Virus record (IMG/VR): IMGVR_UViG_3300042863_002246
Length of the DNA stretch: 64,000 bases
Reading direction: 5' to 3' (one strand)
Source of the DNA: an uncultured virus (IMG/VR IMGVR_UViG_3300042863_002246)
Taxonomy: Duplodnaviria; Heunggongvirae; Uroviricota; Caudoviricetes
The translations under genes and the position numbers were made by a program. The notes beneath the pieces were generated by a model, which ran no database searches, was not told the DNA's origin, and saw only the letters and a program-made list of their open reading frames with translations. Positions 35,692 to 44,431 of the stretch are shown in pieces. Positions within the stretch are counted from its first letter, which is position 1, and the number at the start of each line of letters is the position of its first letter.

Positions 35692-36472
35692 CTTCTTCTG
35701 AAAAATCTTGTTCGAATGAAAGCATTAGGTTTGAGTCTTCGTGTTTAACAAGCATAAAGTTGTCAAATATGTGAAACTGAATATCATCACTATCATTCAC
35801 ACATCCTAAGAACTTTTTGTTTAGTATTAAGTTAGAACTTCTGTCCGCGTCGATATTGTCTATCTCCAGCTCCCATGCTGCAGTTTCTGATATCACTACC
35901 TTTCCTGCGTTTACTCCAATCTGAAGTATTTTTTCTCCGTTTATAGAAGAAAGTTTTTTGATATCAGAGAAATCGTTTTTCGCAATCGTAAAAGACCATC
36001 TACTGTTTTTCAGGTGAAGACCTTGTTCTAATTTTTGTTTGTTCATGTCTTTTATCTCGTAGTGTTCACCACCGATCCAGTTCACTTTAAGTTTACCACC
36101 AACAATCTGCAATGCTCTTGCATCCATTATACTATCATCTTCCTGAGACTCTTTGTGAGTTATCTCTATAGTCACCTTATCACTTTCCTTTAGAAAGTTT
36201 AGATTCTTCACGAACTTCTTCGCGTTTAGAATGATGATATCTATACCATATTCCAAGTCATCTTTCATCTCGAAGAGCTCACTTGTAGGTATATTGTAGT
36301 TTTTAAATGCAAGTACGGTAGCCTTACCTAAGATAGAGTACATCATCGTGTTTCCACTTTCTATCTTAATCTTTATGTTGTCGGATATCTTAGTCAGGTC
36401 TTCTAACTTAGATATAAACTCTGGAAGCTTTTCTGATTTTATTCTGAATTTGTCTTTTCCTGTTTTTGCCAT
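35684..36472 (-). CDS. Putative DNA sliding clamp (gp45/PCNA-like)
   Basis: ~262 aa two-domain alpha/beta pattern, acidic tail, cotranscribed with PolB; start at MAKTGK. Confidence 0.55.
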   Translation of the reverse strand: MAKTGKDKFRIKSEKLPEFISKLEDLTKISDNIKIKIESGNTMMYSILGKATVLAFKNYNIPTSELFEMKDDLEYGIDIIILNAKKFVKNLNFLKESDKVTIEITHKESQEDDSIMDARALQIVGGKLKVNWIGGEHYEIKDMNKQKLEQGLHLKNSRWSFTIAKNDFSDIKKLSSINGEKILQIGVNAGKVVISETAAWELEIDNIDADRSSNLILNKKFLGCVNDSDDIQFHIFDNFMLVKHEDSNLMLSFEQDFSEEDE

Positions 36473-36490
36473 AATCAATTTTATTTCTAT

Positions 36491-36521
36491 ACATGATATA
36501 GAAAAAGTCAAATTTTGTTTA
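36491..36521 (-). promoter_or_regulatory. Putative middle promoter TAAAC-N18-TATCAT
   Basis: Minus strand TAAACAAAATTTGACTTTTTCTATATCATGT. Confidence 0.6.
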
Positions 36522-36543
36522 TTTGTTTTTAATATATAAAGTC

Positions 36544-37071
36544 ATGATAAATAAATGGAATGAATTCATAAGAGAGTTTGTTGAATCAACTGGATTGATT
36601 GATGCAAAAATGCAAGAGCTCAAAGATTTGATAGATGGTATGTCCGATGGACAGAACCTTATATACGAATGGGAGAACAAAGACGACCATCAGTTATTGG
36701 TTAATTTTACTAGCGGTGATCTTTCTCTTAGATATGAGTTTGACATTGATGATTTACACGTTACAAAAATTGCTGGTGATACTGTAGACTATAAGACTGA
36801 TGTTGAGTCTATGGAAGAAGGATTAGATCTTATTGAAAAGGATATTCAATCCATCTTAGGTATTGATGAAAAAAAGACAAATAATATGAAATATTTGAAA
36901 AAATTTGAGTCTTATAATTTTGAAGACTTTACACATTCCGATATGGAAGATGTAAAAGATTTATTAGAAGAAGGGTTAACTGCCGAAGAAATCGCAAATG
37001 AATTAGACTTTGATGTAAACAAAGTTAAACAAATAATCTCTTCTATTAGAAAGAGTGAAAAATTTAATTAA
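36544..37071 (+). CDS. Two-part protein with two capsid-targeting-like tags and a C-terminal HTH-like segment
   Basis: MINKWNEFIREFVES at 36544, in-frame MKYLKKFESYNFE at 36886, EGLTAEEIANELDFDVNKVKQII. Confidence 0.7.
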   Translation: MINKWNEFIREFVESTGLIDAKMQELKDLIDGMSDGQNLIYEWENKDDHQLLVNFTSGDLSLRYEFDIDDLHVTKIAGDTVDYKTDVESMEEGLDLIEKDIQSILGIDEKKTNNMKYLKKFESYNFEDFTHSDMEDVKDLLEEGLTAEEIANELDFDVNKVKQIISSIRKSEKFN

Positions 37072-37080
37072 AAAAAAGTT

Positions 37081-37290
37081 ATGAAAAATTTATTACTATT
37101 TGAAGACTACAATGAAGTTCTTATATTAGAAAAAAATATCCCGACTAACCCAGAACTATGGGCAAAGTGCAAAGCTTCTGCCAAATCAAAATATGATGTT
37201 TGGCCATCAGCATATGCATGTGGTTTTGCTGCTAAAAAATATAAAGCAGAAGGTGGTAAATGGAAAAAAGAAAAGAAAAAGAAGAAATAA
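37081..37290 (+). CDS. Small basic tagged protein (NPELW..WPSAYA..KKYK..GGKW)
   Basis: Pattern recalled from DUF5872-like viral proteins; starts MKNLLLFEDYNE. Confidence 0.65.
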   Translation: MKNLLLFEDYNEVLILEKNIPTNPELWAKCKASAKSKYDVWPSAYACGFAAKKYKAEGGKWKKEKKKKK

Positions 37291-37583
37291 TGGAATATTT
37301 ATTATTATTTGAACAATTCATATTAGAAGAAAAGAAACCAAAAGGTGGTCTTGATAAATGGTTCAAAGAAAAGTGGGTTGATATATCTAAGACTAATGCT
37401 GATGGAACACATCCACCATGTGGTAGAGATGATGCTGATAAAGGATCTTATCCAAAGTGTAGAAAGGTAAGAGTAGCTGCAAGGATGACTGATAAAGAGA
37501 AAAAAGCTTCAACTAGAAGAAAAAGAAAAGTTGAAAAAGAAGGCTCTAAAGGAAGTGGTAGAAAACCAAATTACGCTAAATAA
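37290..37583 (+). CDS. Small basic tagged protein (LDKWFKEKWVDI..CGR..YPKCR)
   Basis: TAATG-coupled start MEYLLLFEQFILEE; DUF5872-like pattern. Confidence 0.65.
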   Translation: MEYLLLFEQFILEEKKPKGGLDKWFKEKWVDISKTNADGTHPPCGRDDADKGSYPKCRKVRVAARMTDKEKKASTRRKRKVEKEGSKGSGRKPNYAK

Positions 37584-37602
37584 AATTTGATAAAAATAAA
37601 AT

Positions 37603-37632
37603 AAAAAACCACTCATTTGAGTGGCTTTTTTT
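37603..37632. terminator. Bidirectional terminator, CCACTCA/TGAGTGG family
   Basis: AAAAAACCACTCATTTGAGTGGCTTTTTTT. Confidence 0.8.
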
Positions 37633-38701
37633 ATGCGTTATATTTGAAGTTGTGATTCTCTTCTATATTTAGAAGTGTTTGGTAAATCAACTTAACAATA
37701 CTCTTAACATCGTCTTTGTGAACAGTTTCACAAGTTGTATGCATGTATTTCAAAGGAAGTGAAATCAATACAGAAGGAACTCCACCATTTGAATAAGCGA
37801 ATGCATCTGTATCTGTTCCCGTCGATGTTGAACTTGCTGCCAACTGAACAGGAATATCTTTTTTATCAGCAACATCCAATACTAACTTTCTCAATTTGTT
37901 GTGTACTGCAGGTGCTCTTGTGATAACACCACCTTGACCAGCAACGTGTTCACCTTCTTTGCTTGCGGTATAACAAGGTGATGATGTTTCATGACACACG
38001 TCTGTTATGATTGCTACATTTGGTTTGATTGTTTGAGTAACCATTTGAGCACCTCTCAATCCAATCTCTTCCTGAACAGAGTTCACGATATAAAGTTTGA
38101 AAGGAAGTTTTTTACCTTTCTCTGATAATTTTCTAGCAACTTCTGCAATCATGAATCCACCGATTCTGTTGTCCAATGCTCTTCCTGTGTAATAGTCTGT
38201 TCCAAGTTTCATAAACTCATCTTTAAAAGTGATTACAGTTCCAACATTAATACCCATTTGAAGAACTTCTTCTTTACTTGCAGCACCCACGTCGATAAAG
38301 ATAGAATCTAAATCTGCTTCTTTCTTTCTATAAGAAATGTGAATAGCTGGATGTCCAAAGATTCCGTCTATTGGTCCATTATCTCCCCAAAGTGTTACTC
38401 TCATAGAAGGAGCGATTGTAGTATCAGACCCACCGTTTCTGATTACTTTGATATACCCTTTTGAATCGATGTGGTTTACAAACCAACTAATTTCGTCGGC
38501 ATGTGCCTCAATAACTACTTTAAAGTCTGAGTCCATGTTTCCCATAATACCATAAGCAGTACCATAGTTGTCAAGTTCTACTTTATCGACATACTTAGAG
38601 ATATAGTCCATCCAAACTTTTTGACCACCTAATTCATATTCGAATCCTGTTGGTGCATTGCTGTTTAAATAGCTTTCTAAAAATTTTTCGTCTAATTTCA
38701 T
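37631..38701 (-). CDS. M42 family aminopeptidase
   Basis: EAHADEI, RALDNRIGG, QEEIGLRGA, DVCH, GTDTDA, YMHT. Confidence 0.9.
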   Translation of the reverse strand: MKLDEKFLESYLNSNAPTGFEYELGGQKVWMDYISKYVDKVELDNYGTAYGIMGNMDSDFKVVIEAHADEISWFVNHIDSKGYIKVIRNGGSDTTIAPSMRVTLWGDNGPIDGIFGHPAIHISYRKKEADLDSIFIDVGAASKEEVLQMGINVGTVITFKDEFMKLGTDYYTGRALDNRIGGFMIAEVARKLSEKGKKLPFKLYIVNSVQEEIGLRGAQMVTQTIKPNVAIITDVCHETSSPCYTASKEGEHVAGQGGVITRAPAVHNKLRKLVLDVADKKDIPVQLAASSTSTGTDTDAFAYSNGGVPSVLISLPLKYMHTTCETVHKDDVKSIVKLIYQTLLNIEENHNFKYNA

Positions 38702-38803
38702 TTATTTAAGTTTTTGTTTATATCTTTTTTATATGTTTTTTTTGATTATTGTTTAGAGAACAAAGGTCAATTGGTAATATATAAACAGAGTAAAACTAAT
38801 AAA

Positions 38804-39160
38804 ATGATTAAATTTAGACTAAAAGAAGATTGGTATTTAGAGGATTTCTTTGATAAAGTAAAGATATACGACGCTGGTCATATCTTCTCACCAAAAGAAG
38901 ACGGCAAATACATAATCAATGGACTCAATGGTGGCAAGATGTTGATGTCTTTTGATGATATGTTGAAAGCAACTAACAATGATGTGCTTCTTTTTGAGAC
39001 AATAAACGAACAAGAAATAGAGCTTACTATAGAGGAAGTTCCAGAGGATAAAGATAATGAAGTAAAGAACTGGAGAATTCAGTTGGATGTAAAGACATCT
39101 CTAAAAAATCTTAAAAAAATAGAAGTTTTCATAAAAGAAAACATACAGGAAATGCTATGA
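38804..39160 (+). CDS. Hypothetical protein
   Basis: Start at MIKFRLKE downstream of late box 38775-38783. Confidence 0.65.
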   Translation: MIKFRLKEDWYLEDFFDKVKIYDAGHIFSPKEDGKYIINGLNGGKMLMSFDDMLKATNNDVLLFETINEQEIELTIEEVPEDKDNEVKNWRIQLDVKTSLKNLKKIEVFIKENIQEML

Positions 39161-40242
39161 AGATAAATACAGCAAACGTAACTTATTCTTCTATCGTTCA
39201 GATAGGAGAAAACATCAACAAAATAGAGAAGGAGACTGGTGATAAATATTTGAAACTACACCGAGGTGTGATGGATGTCACTACATTAGATATCGATTCT
39301 TTGAATTTGAATCTTGACCTTAATAATGGAAAGACTCAACAATATAGTGGTAATGATGGAAGTCCTGAATTGATTGAGACTATAAAAGAAGAGTTTGGAT
39401 TAGAAGGACATGTTATTATAACACCTGGTGGAATGGCGGGATTGGATTTACTAATCAACTCTTTAGGTGATGAAACAATCTGGATTCCAAACTATCACTG
39501 GGGATCTTGGAATAAGATACTTACTACACACGGAAAAGAAATAAAAACTTTTGATGATTTTAAAATTGATGAATTCTCACCAAGGTCAGGTACGGTTATG
39601 CTTTGTTATCCATCAAACCCAACTGGATATTGTCCTGATGTGGAAGTAATCAAAAACTTTTTGGCTAGGTCTAAAGATGTTGGGGTTACTGTTGTGTTGG
39701 ATCTTCCATATTACTATTTGTTTAGTGATATGAATGATAATCTATCTGATTTCTTTTTTGATAACGTGATTGTTGTTTCATCTTTTTCAAAATCTATTGG
39801 TCTTTCAGGATACAGAGTTGGATATATCTCTACTAAAAACGAGGCGTTGTATCAAACATTAAGAATAAGATCGTTGTACAAATACAATTCTATTTCTACT
39901 CTTCCACAGTATATAGTAAACGAACTTCTTAAAGAAAAAGTAGCAATAACTGAATATAGAAAAAAAACGGTAGATAGTATCAAAAAGAATATAATGGTTC
40001 TTGAAATGAATGGTCTATTATTCGATGAGTATCCACAGATACCTACTGGACCTTTCGCGGTTGTGAACATTTCTTATGACGAACTTTTGAAGAATAAGAT
40101 TTCAAGTGTTCCTTTAAGTAAGTTTACTTTGAACAAACAACTAAAACATGAAAATTGTAGTAGGATATCGGTGGCGGTCGACCATAAAGTCTTTTGGGAG
40201 TATTTTGAAAAGATGCTTGTAAACGAAAAAATCACTCTTTAA
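39157..40242 (+). CDS. PLP-dependent aminotransferase class I/II
   Basis: PSNPTG, DLPY, SFSKSIGLSGYRVGY, C-terminal RIS. Confidence 0.9.
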   Translation: MKINTANVTYSSIVQIGENINKIEKETGDKYLKLHRGVMDVTTLDIDSLNLNLDLNNGKTQQYSGNDGSPELIETIKEEFGLEGHVIITPGGMAGLDLLINSLGDETIWIPNYHWGSWNKILTTHGKEIKTFDDFKIDEFSPRSGTVMLCYPSNPTGYCPDVEVIKNFLARSKDVGVTVVLDLPYYYLFSDMNDNLSDFFFDNVIVVSSFSKSIGLSGYRVGYISTKNEALYQTLRIRSLYKYNSISTLPQYIVNELLKEKVAITEYRKKTVDSIKKNIMVLEMNGLLFDEYPQIPTGPFAVVNISYDELLKNKISSVPLSKFTLNKQLKHENCSRISVAVDHKVFWEYFEKMLVNEKITL

Positions 40243-40255
40243 GAGTGATTTTTTT
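40226..40255. terminator. Bidirectional terminator
   Basis: AAAAAATCACTCTT-T-AAGAGTGATTTTTTT between convergent genes. Confidence 0.75.
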
Positions 40256-40520
40256 ATTTGAATTTAGTTATCATTTTTATCGTTCTGGTCGGAACTGTTA
40301 TGCGAGGATAGCCAGTATTCTCCGGCTTTCTTATATAGGTCATTCCGTCTCTTCTTGAATCCGCCTCCACGCATAGGTATACGGTTCCGTCTTCTAGCTC
40401 TACTTTCGTGTCCACTACATTGAGATCGTAGTTTATTTCACGTACCCATATCCATACGAGCGCCGCGAATATGCACGCACCTATTGTTGCACCTATTGTT
40501 CTAAATATATCATTTTCCAT
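40254..40520 (-). CDS. Small membrane-anchored protein
   Basis: N-terminal TM segment; 88 aa. Confidence 0.6.
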   Translation of the reverse strand: MENDIFRTIGATIGACIFAALVWIWVREINYDLNVVDTKVELEDGTVYLCVEADSRRDGMTYIRKPENTGYPRITVPTRTIKMITKFK

Positions 40521-40521
40521 A

Positions 40522-41016
40522 TTATCTTCCTAAGTAGTTCATTAGTTCAATCATATTCTTTATAGAATATCCGAATGCTTCTAAGTTTTTTACAGTATCT
40601 CTAAGAAAAGTAATGTAGGATTCAATCAACTCAATACATCTATCATTTTCTGCGATGTGTGCATCGATAAGTATTGCTTTCTCTCCCATATTAGTCTTTA
40701 CTTGAAATCCGATTGCGTAGAATACAAACTTATCTTGTCTCAACTTTTTAATCTTTGTTGTTTCCTTACTTCTTTTGTTTAAGAAGAAATTTATATTTTC
40801 GTTTATTTGTTGTCTAAACGATAAAGCAGTAGATTGTGCCTCTAATATGTATTTAGAATTGGATGGATTTGAAAGATCCGTAGTAAGAGCCTTGAAAAGT
40901 GGCTCTACTTGTTTATTCCATTCTGCTCTTTTGTCATTGAAAAGTTCTTCCAATCTTTCATTGGTTTCTTTTGTCTTTTGTATTCTGTCTAGTTCTTCTT
41001 GATTATAAAGATTCAT
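40522..41016 (-). CDS. uvsY: UvsY-like recombination mediator
   Basis: Helical 164-aa protein ending LRDTVKNLEAFGYSIKNMIEL, like the UvsY C-terminal G(F/Y)xIK motif. Confidence 0.6.
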   Translation of the reverse strand: MNLYNQEELDRIQKTKETNERLEELFNDKRAEWNKQVEPLFKALTTDLSNPSNSKYILEAQSTALSFRQQINENINFFLNKRSKETTKIKKLRQDKFVFYAIGFQVKTNMGEKAILIDAHIAENDRCIELIESYITFLRDTVKNLEAFGYSIKNMIELMNYLGR

Positions 41017-41431
41017 CTTCGTCTGGTAATATTTTTCTCATCTTCCATTCTCTATGGATGTTTTTGTTGAAGCAGCTTGACAAAGAGTTTTCAATCATCT
41101 CTCTGAAATTAGTCTTTAAGTTATTACTTATATATTCTTCTATGATGTCACACCATTTATCTAAAAGTTCTTTGTCTTCTATGGCTATTGTTGATACATC
41201 GGTATTTTCGGAAGAAAAGAATATACATTCGTTTCTTCTATCAAAATGTATTGAAAGCCTTCCTGATATAGTTCCCCAATGGTTATTTGTTTGTGACTTT
41301 GGTTCTGTATCTATGTCGAAGCTTATCCAATAGTTTTTATGGCCGTATTTTATGTCTTTTTGTATCGTCACACGCTCATCATCTTTATGTTTCATCATAA
41401 AAGTAATGAACTCATCTATTTCTTCTCTCAT
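41003..41431 (-). CDS. Hypothetical protein with C-terminal RxxKxxxIL motif
   Basis: Ends HREWKMRKILPD; TAAAC-N18-TACAAT upstream (41458-41486). Confidence 0.7.
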   Translation of the reverse strand: MREEIDEFITFMMKHKDDERVTIQKDIKYGHKNYWISFDIDTEPKSQTNNHWGTISGRLSIHFDRRNECIFFSSENTDVSTIAIEDKELLDKWCDIIEEYISNNLKTNFREMIENSLSSCFNKNIHREWKMRKILPDEDESL

Positions 41432-41487
41432 CGTTCAGATATTTGTTTTTGTACCTTATTGTATAGAAATATATAGTGATTGTTTAC

Positions 41488-41515
41488 AAAAAAACCTCTC
41501 GATTTGAGAGGTTTT
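41488..41515 (-). terminator. Rho-independent terminator
   Basis: AAAACCTCTC-GATTT-GAGAGGTTTT after ORF 41518. Confidence 0.75.
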
Positions 41516-41517
41516 GA

Positions 41518-42246
41518 TTATTTGTAGGCTAAATTTATTGTCTCACCTGCGTATTTTCCGGTGAGTGCATTTTGGTACTCTACTATTTTATAGCTCACCA
41601 TCTTCGAACCCTGTTCTGCTAGATTTAACAAATATTGTATTGATTGATTTCTTTCTTCACCAGGTGTCATATTCTTTATCTCTTCTGCGTTCTGCTGAAC
41701 AACTTTCATCGCTGAGTTTGCCAAGTCTGTCACTTGTTTTCCAAAGATTGGATTGTCTACCGATCCTCCTTTTTTCAATTGAAACAAATATGCTTGTGCT
41801 TTCATAAGAAGACCATCATCGTATTTTCCGGATCCTTCGGACTGAAGTCTTTTCAGGAATCCAATTGCGGCATCCATTACTCCTTCCGGTGGTGTAGCTT
41901 GTTTAGTCGCTGCTGCAGAACATAGAACAAAGAATAAAACTATTAGAATAAGTGTTATGATTATAGTTCTAAATAAGGCAGGGTGCTTTTCTTTGAAACT
42001 TTTTATCTTATCCAGTACCTTGTCGAAGAACTTTTTGACGAGACTAAGTGCCATCAATCCTTTCTCCATCAGTGTCAACATAAGATTTCTTATAGAATCG
42101 TTTATCTTTTCAAAGAAGTCTCCTATCTTTTTCATCCAATCCGTAAATCCTTCGTTTATAGAATCAAAATTACATAACTCATCAAGAGCTGCAAAAGTTC
42201 TTTGTTCATTTATCGAAAAGGATTCAAAATTGTTTAGATGTTTCAT
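41518..42246 (-). CDS. Membrane protein with capsid-targeting-like tag
   Basis: MKHLNNFESFSINE..SINEGF; TM TIIITLILIVLFFVLC. Confidence 0.75.
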   Translation of the reverse strand: MKHLNNFESFSINEQRTFAALDELCNFDSINEGFTDWMKKIGDFFEKINDSIRNLMLTLMEKGLMALSLVKKFFDKVLDKIKSFKEKHPALFRTIIITLILIVLFFVLCSAAATKQATPPEGVMDAAIGFLKRLQSEGSGKYDDGLLMKAQAYLFQLKKGGSVDNPIFGKQVTDLANSAMKVVQQNAEEIKNMTPGEERNQSIQYLLNLAEQGSKMVSYKIVEYQNALTGKYAGETINLAYK

Positions 42247-42842
42247 TATTTAATATCTTTTGATTCTATTAAAGTATATGTAAATGAGTTACCATGAAGT
42301 TTCGCTGCTTTCTTACAGATTTTCATAAACTCATCAAAGTCTTTAACTCTTTTGAATACTTGACAACCTTCTGACCAGTTTTCAACCCATGTTGAATCTT
42401 GTCCAGCTTTATGAATGTTGATACCATATAAACCTTCTGTGATTTTGTTTTCATCGTAGTTTAAGTCTTTGTTTGCATCTCTGTAAACTTTAACATTTTT
42501 AGCTTGACCTAATGCTTCGTATTTACCTTGGTGTAATCTGATTGTATGTGAACCTCTATATTGATTTGGTACTAATCTAGCTACTCCGTCTTTGTTATGA
42601 AATTCCATAACTCCTTTTTTACCTGGATCTGTTGTTGCTGCCCAAATAAAAAACTTCCATTCACCATTTTCTTTAAATGATATTGTAAGATTATCATCAA
42701 ATACATTTGTTACTTTTGTTCCTGTAGATGAGTTTCTTACTCCAACGATATTTACATCGTATCCTTTGTTTGCCGCATCGTCGAACCATACATATCCTTT
42801 TGATTTAACTGCAGCCTCGATTTGTTCTCTTGTATAAGACAT
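42246..42842 (-). CDS. Putative L,D-peptidase-like (YkuD-fold) cell-wall enzyme
   Basis: GINIH-x12-SEGCQV His/Cys motif; 198 aa. Confidence 0.6.
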   Translation of the reverse strand: MSYTREQIEAAVKSKGYVWFDDAANKGYDVNIVGVRNSSTGTKVTNVFDDNLTISFKENGEWKFFIWAATTDPGKKGVMEFHNKDGVARLVPNQYRGSHTIRLHQGKYEALGQAKNVKVYRDANKDLNYDENKITEGLYGINIHKAGQDSTWVENWSEGCQVFKRVKDFDEFMKICKKAAKLHGNSFTYTLIESKDIK

Positions 42843-42859
42843 TTTTTAAATGTTATTTT

Positions 42860-43219
42860 TTATAGGCTAAAATCTTCAAAGCCTTTTATGTTTTCATCAT
42901 CTCTATGTCTAGCATCATGTTCTGAGTGAGATGATTCTGGTCCACCTAATAGTGGTTTTTCTTCGTGATGTTCTTCTTCATGCTCTTCTGAATGACCTGC
43001 AAGAAAGTTGAATACTTCTTCTACATCATCCTTAGATGTTGCAATGTGGTCTAATGCCCAGTTGTGGCCGTTTGTAAGCATAGCGTCAACTTCTGCTTCA
43101 TCCATTTCTAACATCTCATCAACTAATCTTTTGATTGTTTTAAGATTACCAAAGAACATATAATTTTGAGGACCACCATCATGGTCTTCTTTAAATAGTT
43201 TAAATTTTTTGATTTCCAT
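42860..43219 (-). CDS. Small tagged protein (NYMFF.NL..GHNWALDHI)
   Basis: Start MEIKKFKLFKED; His/Glu-rich tail; ends IKGFEDFSL. Confidence 0.7.
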   Translation of the reverse strand: MEIKKFKLFKEDHDGGPQNYMFFGNLKTIKRLVDEMLEMDEAEVDAMLTNGHNWALDHIATSKDDVEEVFNFLAGHSEEHEEEHHEEKPLLGGPESSHSEHDARHRDDENIKGFEDFSL

Positions 43220-43230
43220 ATCGTTTACTT

Positions 43231-44391
43231 TTATTTTAGAATGTTTACTACTTCTGGGTAGTATTTGCATATATTTTGATTCTTTCCTTCATAAGGAATG
43301 GCTGAAAGTGCGTATCTCATAGCATTTAATCTTCCAATCTTTTTGTCGTTTGAGTTTATTATAACCCAAGGTGTAGTCCTACTTGATGTAAGGTTGAACA
43401 TCTGATTTTTGTAGTGTCCGATTATCTCCCATTTATCAACAACTTTGGCGTCATTCGGTGAGAACTTCCAGTATTTCAAAGGACTTTGTTGTCTTAAATC
43501 GAATCTTTTTAGTTGTTTTTCTTTGGTAATAGAGAACCAGAACTTAATAAGGTGAAGACCTTGTTTCTTTATCATTTTCTCTTCCCAATCTACCACTTTT
43601 TCCATGAAGTCTTTGTACTGATCTTCTGTACAATAACCCATTGCTGGTTCTACTACTGCTCTGTTGTACCAAGATCTATCAAAGAATACTATTTCTCCTT
43701 CTTTAGGCATGTGTGCCTCATATCTAGCGAACCAGTTTTCTTTCTCTTCTGGAGTTGGAAGTCCTAAAGCAACTACTCTGAATCCTTTTGGATTTAAGTA
43801 TTCGACGAATCTTTTTATTGTAGAACCTTTTCCTGCAGAGTCTCGTCCTTCGAATACTATAGCTATTCTCTTACCGTTCTTCAGAACCCATTCTTGAAGT
43901 TTCATAAGCTCTACTTGTATCTGATATTTCTCTGATTCGTATTCTTTTCTAGTAAGTATAGATCTCTCACCTTCGAACTCATCAAAGTGTTGAGCCTGAG
44001 CACCAGTTTTAATAACTGATATCCTGTTATCTATAGATTTGGCGAAGTCATCAAACTGTTTTCTTATGTTACTTTTGGTATCTCTTCTTTTGAGTTCCAT
44101 AAGTTGATTTATCTTCCTAAGAAGTGTGTCGATGTTTAAGTCTTGTACGACCTCTGGAGTGAACTCGTTGTTAAGTTCTCTCATTATTATATCTACTTCG
44201 ATTTTTTCAAAGGATTTGTATTCTACTTTGTTTGTTTGAAAGTTGTAGACAATATTGTCCAATATAGAACTTTTATACTCTCCAAGTCTTGTCAGTATGT
44301 TCCTTTTTATCTGTTCGATATTTTCGGGATCCATCTTGTCAATCCTAAGCTCTTCTTTTATAAAATCCAAGAATTTACGTAAATTCTTCAT
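43231..44391 (-). CDS. ppk2: Polyphosphate kinase 2 with tagged N-terminal extension
   Basis: FEGRDSAGKG (Walker A), FFDRSWYNRA, WKFSPND, PWVIINSNDKK.GRLN; start MKNLRKFLDFIKEE below late box 44412-44420. Confidence 0.92.
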   Translation of the reverse strand: MKNLRKFLDFIKEELRIDKMDPENIEQIKRNILTRLGEYKSSILDNIVYNFQTNKVEYKSFEKIEVDIIMRELNNEFTPEVVQDLNIDTLLRKINQLMELKRRDTKSNIRKQFDDFAKSIDNRISVIKTGAQAQHFDEFEGERSILTRKEYESEKYQIQVELMKLQEWVLKNGKRIAIVFEGRDSAGKGSTIKRFVEYLNPKGFRVVALGLPTPEEKENWFARYEAHMPKEGEIVFFDRSWYNRAVVEPAMGYCTEDQYKDFMEKVVDWEEKMIKKQGLHLIKFWFSITKEKQLKRFDLRQQSPLKYWKFSPNDAKVVDKWEIIGHYKNQMFNLTSSRTTPWVIINSNDKKIGRLNAMRYALSAIPYEGKNQNICKYYPEVVNILK

Positions 44392-44431
44392 ATATTTAGA
44401 ATATTTTCTTTTATATATTAAAAGTGAAAAG

